Below, in pieces: positions 61,694-64,000 of a DNA stretch of 64,000 bases. A program made the translations under genes and the position numbers. The notes below the pieces were generated by a model. That model saw only the letters and a program-made list of their open reading frames with translations. It was not told the DNA's origin and made no database searches. Position 1 is the first letter of the stretch. Every line of letters starts with the position of its first letter. Origin of the DNA: Nitrospirales bacterium (GTDB lineage Bacteria > Nitrospirota > Nitrospiria > Nitrospirales > NS-4); contig DASXSU010000049.1 in assembly GCA_036505795.1 (NCBI GenBank), forward strand, positions 3,980-67,979, written 5' to 3'.

Positions 61694-64000
61694 CTAAGTA
61701 GAGACTTTTGGCTTTTTTAGGCAGGAACGTCGATATTCGGCTTCAACCTTGTCGCAGAAGCTCTGCATCTCTCGCTGGGAGGAGAGAATCTGCGGCGCGC
61801 GGCCGAAAATCATTTTGTAACACGCGTCTTTCTCAGCCTTCGCATTCAGCAGTTTGCAAAACTCGCGAGCGTCGCCCTGCCCGCTCGAATCCCAGAAGGT
61901 ATCTTGAACCGCTCCGGTCAAGCAATCAATGCGAAATTCGCCTTCCTCGGCGTGACCACAAGCCTGAATTGCTTCAGCCGGCCGGCCCCGATACAACCCG
62001 CCCACTTCGCGCCCCATGCTATCGAAGCAAATTTCACGTTGCTCGGCCGGTGCTTGCGCGCAGGTTGCGCTGATTCGTCCAAAATTGGGCCCGAACAACT
62101 GCACCATGCGGGATGCCTGGAGGAAATAACAGGACGACTTGTATTGTGTATCAACGATCGTGCAGGGATAGTGCGGATCGTCATTCAAATATTTCGTTGC
62201 GTGCCCGACATGCCCTGCATGAGCGCCGAGGCCACCGACGATGTTTTCCATAAATGCGCCTGTCCAGCAGGACGATTGCCAATCCTTGAGCTGGTTGCAC
62301 GTTTCCAACGCCTGGGGCAGTTCGTAGTTTGCCGCAGCCATGAGCCCATGCCCGATACCGTGCATGCACTGGTGGGTATTAAACGCATTCAACTCGGACC
62401 CGCAAATCACTTTTACATCGTTCGCCAGATGCGCTGCGCCGCGCTCTTTGAAGTAGGCTTCCACCGCTCCGTGAAAGCCGCCGGCATGACATTCGCCGGG
62501 AATTGCGCGGAATGTCTTCATGGAAAAAATGCTGTACGCGAACCGCCCCGCCTTATGCGCCGGTACATGGCAGTCGCCGTACCGGGACGCAAGCGCGTGC
62601 AAGTGGGTAATCGTCGGTCCCAGACCGAACCGTTTCACATAGGCATAGAGCGCCACATCGTTGTTGAAGATGTTTTCTTTTTCGGTCTTGAGGACTCCGG
62701 CGTCGATCGGAGCCTTGGTCGCGAGACCCGCAGGCGCCGAGGTCTCCATCGCTGCCCCTTGAAGACACGCCGCCGCGCCTTCGCCCGTTAAGGTTTCGCA
62801 TTTCGCTCGAACAAGGCTGGGATCGACGGCCTGGGTTCTCAGTGCAAAACCCATGCGATGATAACAGACCGGCCGATAGGCAGTATCAATGGCGTTGCAA
62901 AAAGCTTTAGCCCGCGCGACTTCGAATGCGTCGAAATTCAAAAAGGTGTCAAGGGCGCCGATAACGCAGGGCTCCCGATGATCCTGTGGAAATTTCAGGC
63001 AGAGATCCCACGCGATGACTTCGGACTTTCCGTCGTTGTTCTTGGCCAGCAAGCGCTGCCACGGCCCATTGCTTACCATGAGACCGATGCTTTGTAAGCA
63101 GGGCGACACGTATGCATCCGGTGCCTTCAGGCAGGCACGGGCGGCCTTTTTGACATTATTGTTGAAAAACTCCATCAGCCGACCGGCATGGTTGATGAAA
63201 CATGCATACCGATATTTGTCCGGCACGATATTGCAAGGCGCCAGTGGATCGTTTCGCGAAAAGACGTCACGGCGTCCGCTGCCTGTCAGGCTTGCGTTAC
63301 GATTCTCTATGAAAGCGCCCTGACGGCACCCGTCCTGTCCGGTGGGGGTTCCCAACGTCTCGCAGGCATCCAGGGCCTTGGTCAGATCGTAGTTCTGAGC
63401 GATGAGAACGCCGTGCCCGAGGCCGAGGTAGCAGTCGAAGATAAATTTCGCGGAGTATGCGCGATCCAACGAGCCGCAAATGAGGCGGGCGACGTTGTCC
63501 GTGGCATGCGCCTGGCCGAGCGCATACTGAAAAAATCCATGCCGGCAGTCGTCATTCATGGATGTCGGGCACAGGAGAAAAGCAGGATCGTTAATACCGA
63601 ACCGCGAAGCGGTTGTCCCTCCGATCTCACGGGCGATACGATGACGGTCGGCGGCAGCACTTATCCGCTTCTGTTCTTCAAGCTTCTGCAATACGCTGAG
63701 CGATGCTCCCGGGCCGTGTCTTTCCGTGATTTCGAGCAAGGCCTTCTTGAAGCATGGAAGTTCATTCCCTGGGCATTCGCGCGCGACTTTTTCAGCCAGG
63801 AGCTTCTGGTCATACTTTAACGATTCCAAGGATATCGTAACAGCAGGGCGGGCCGCGCTTGTCGTAACGGACTGCTCAGGCGCAGGAGATTTCGTCCCAT
63901 AATGCGGGCTTTTTAAAAGCACCGTCAAGGAGCCTACACTGCCCAGTAAGGCGATGCCCGTGACGCTTATAATTAAAATTGTCTGCTTGACGGAGGATTT
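61694..64000 (-). CDS. membrane-anchored Cys-pair repeat protein, 5'-partial (continues beyond the window)
   Basis: The reading frame stays open from 63928 to the window edge and encodes a TM helix (TILIISVTGIALLGSVGSLTVLL). About 17 C-x(6-26)-C pairs, mostly C-x(9-11)-C followed by G at +3/+4, with a period of about 34 aa. The two halves are clearly homologous (ICGS...C.[LH]G.GHG...Y.L..AL..C...C..GAF.EN). Confidence 0.75.
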   Translation of the reverse strand, partial: KSSVKQTILIISVTGIALLGSVGSLTVLLKSPHYGTKSPAPEQSVTTSAARPAVTISLESLKYDQKLLAEKVARECPGNELPCFKKALLEITERHGPGASLSVLQKLEEQKRISAAADRHRIAREIGGTTASRFGINDPAFLLCPTSMNDDCRHGFFQYALGQAHATDNVARLICGSLDRAYSAKFIFDCYLGLGHGVLIAQNYDLTKALDACETLGTPTGQDGCRQGAFIENRNASLTGSGRRDVFSRNDPLAPCNIVPDKYRYACFINHAGRLMEFFNNNVKKAARACLKAPDAYVSPCLQSIGLMVSNGPWQRLLAKNNDGKSEVIAWDLCLKFPQDHREPCVIGALDTFLNFDAFEVARAKAFCNAIDTAYRPVCYHRMGFALRTQAVDPSLVRAKCETLTGEGAAACLQGAAMETSAPAGLATKAPIDAGVLKTEKENIFNNDVALYAYVKRFGLGPTITHLHALASRYGDCHVPAHKAGRFAYSIFSMKTFRAIPGECHAGGFHGAVEAYFKERGAAHLANDVKVICGSELNAFNTHQCMHGIGHGLMAAANYELPQALETCNQLKDWQSSCWTGAFMENIVGGLGAHAGHVGHATKYLNDDPHYPCTIVDTQYKSSCYFLQASRMVQLFGPNFGRISATCAQAPAEQREICFDSMGREVGGLYRGRPAEAIQACGHAEEGEFRIDCLTGAVQDTFWDSSGQGDAREFCKLLNAKAEKDACYKMIFGRAPQILSSQREMQSFCDKVEAEYRRSCLKKPKVST

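Overview
This 64-kb window comes from a diderm (Gram-negative-type) bacterium with roughly 55-60% GC by eye. It is densely packed and mostly housekeeping. Recognisable genes in order are: ald, tRNA-Pro(CGG), acyP, apt, a Nudix hydrolase, a DksA-type protein, htrA, queC, lgt, moaC/moaDE/moaA, accD, folC, lptD, trxA, recN, uvrA, an Nramp transporter and cls. These are followed by an aminotransferase-hom-thrC-(iPGM-like)-aspartokinase-cimA block, then ihfA, a MerR regulator, tRNA-Pro(GGG), cysS and rlmB. I see no rRNA, CRISPR array, cas gene, transposase, integrase, reverse transcriptase, phage gene or recognisable defence gene. Three stretches look accessory. (1) The left 7 kb holds signalling proteins (a REC protein and a REC-adenylate/guanylate cyclase) and exported proteins, including a stand-alone PPDK_N-type protein next to an exported protein with PHM/DBH-like copper-monooxygenase motifs. 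(2) A 608-bp non-coding stretch follows tRNA-Pro(CGG) and carries an exact 22-nt copy of the tRNA 3' end. (3) The right 12 kb holds pilD, a histidine kinase, two sigma-54 activators, a four-gene minor-pilin operon and a large membrane-anchored protein built from about 17 Cys-pair repeats. I cannot point to a clear-cut novel multi-gene system. The best candidates are the PPDK_N/PHM-like pair, the Cys-pair repeat protein, the orphan sigma-54 activator with its repeated upstream motif, and the FolB-methyltransferase fusion beside an orphan Memo-like gene. All functional calls rest on motif reading by eye, with no database search. Starts are often uncertain, and several track ORFs carry spurious N-terminal extensions.
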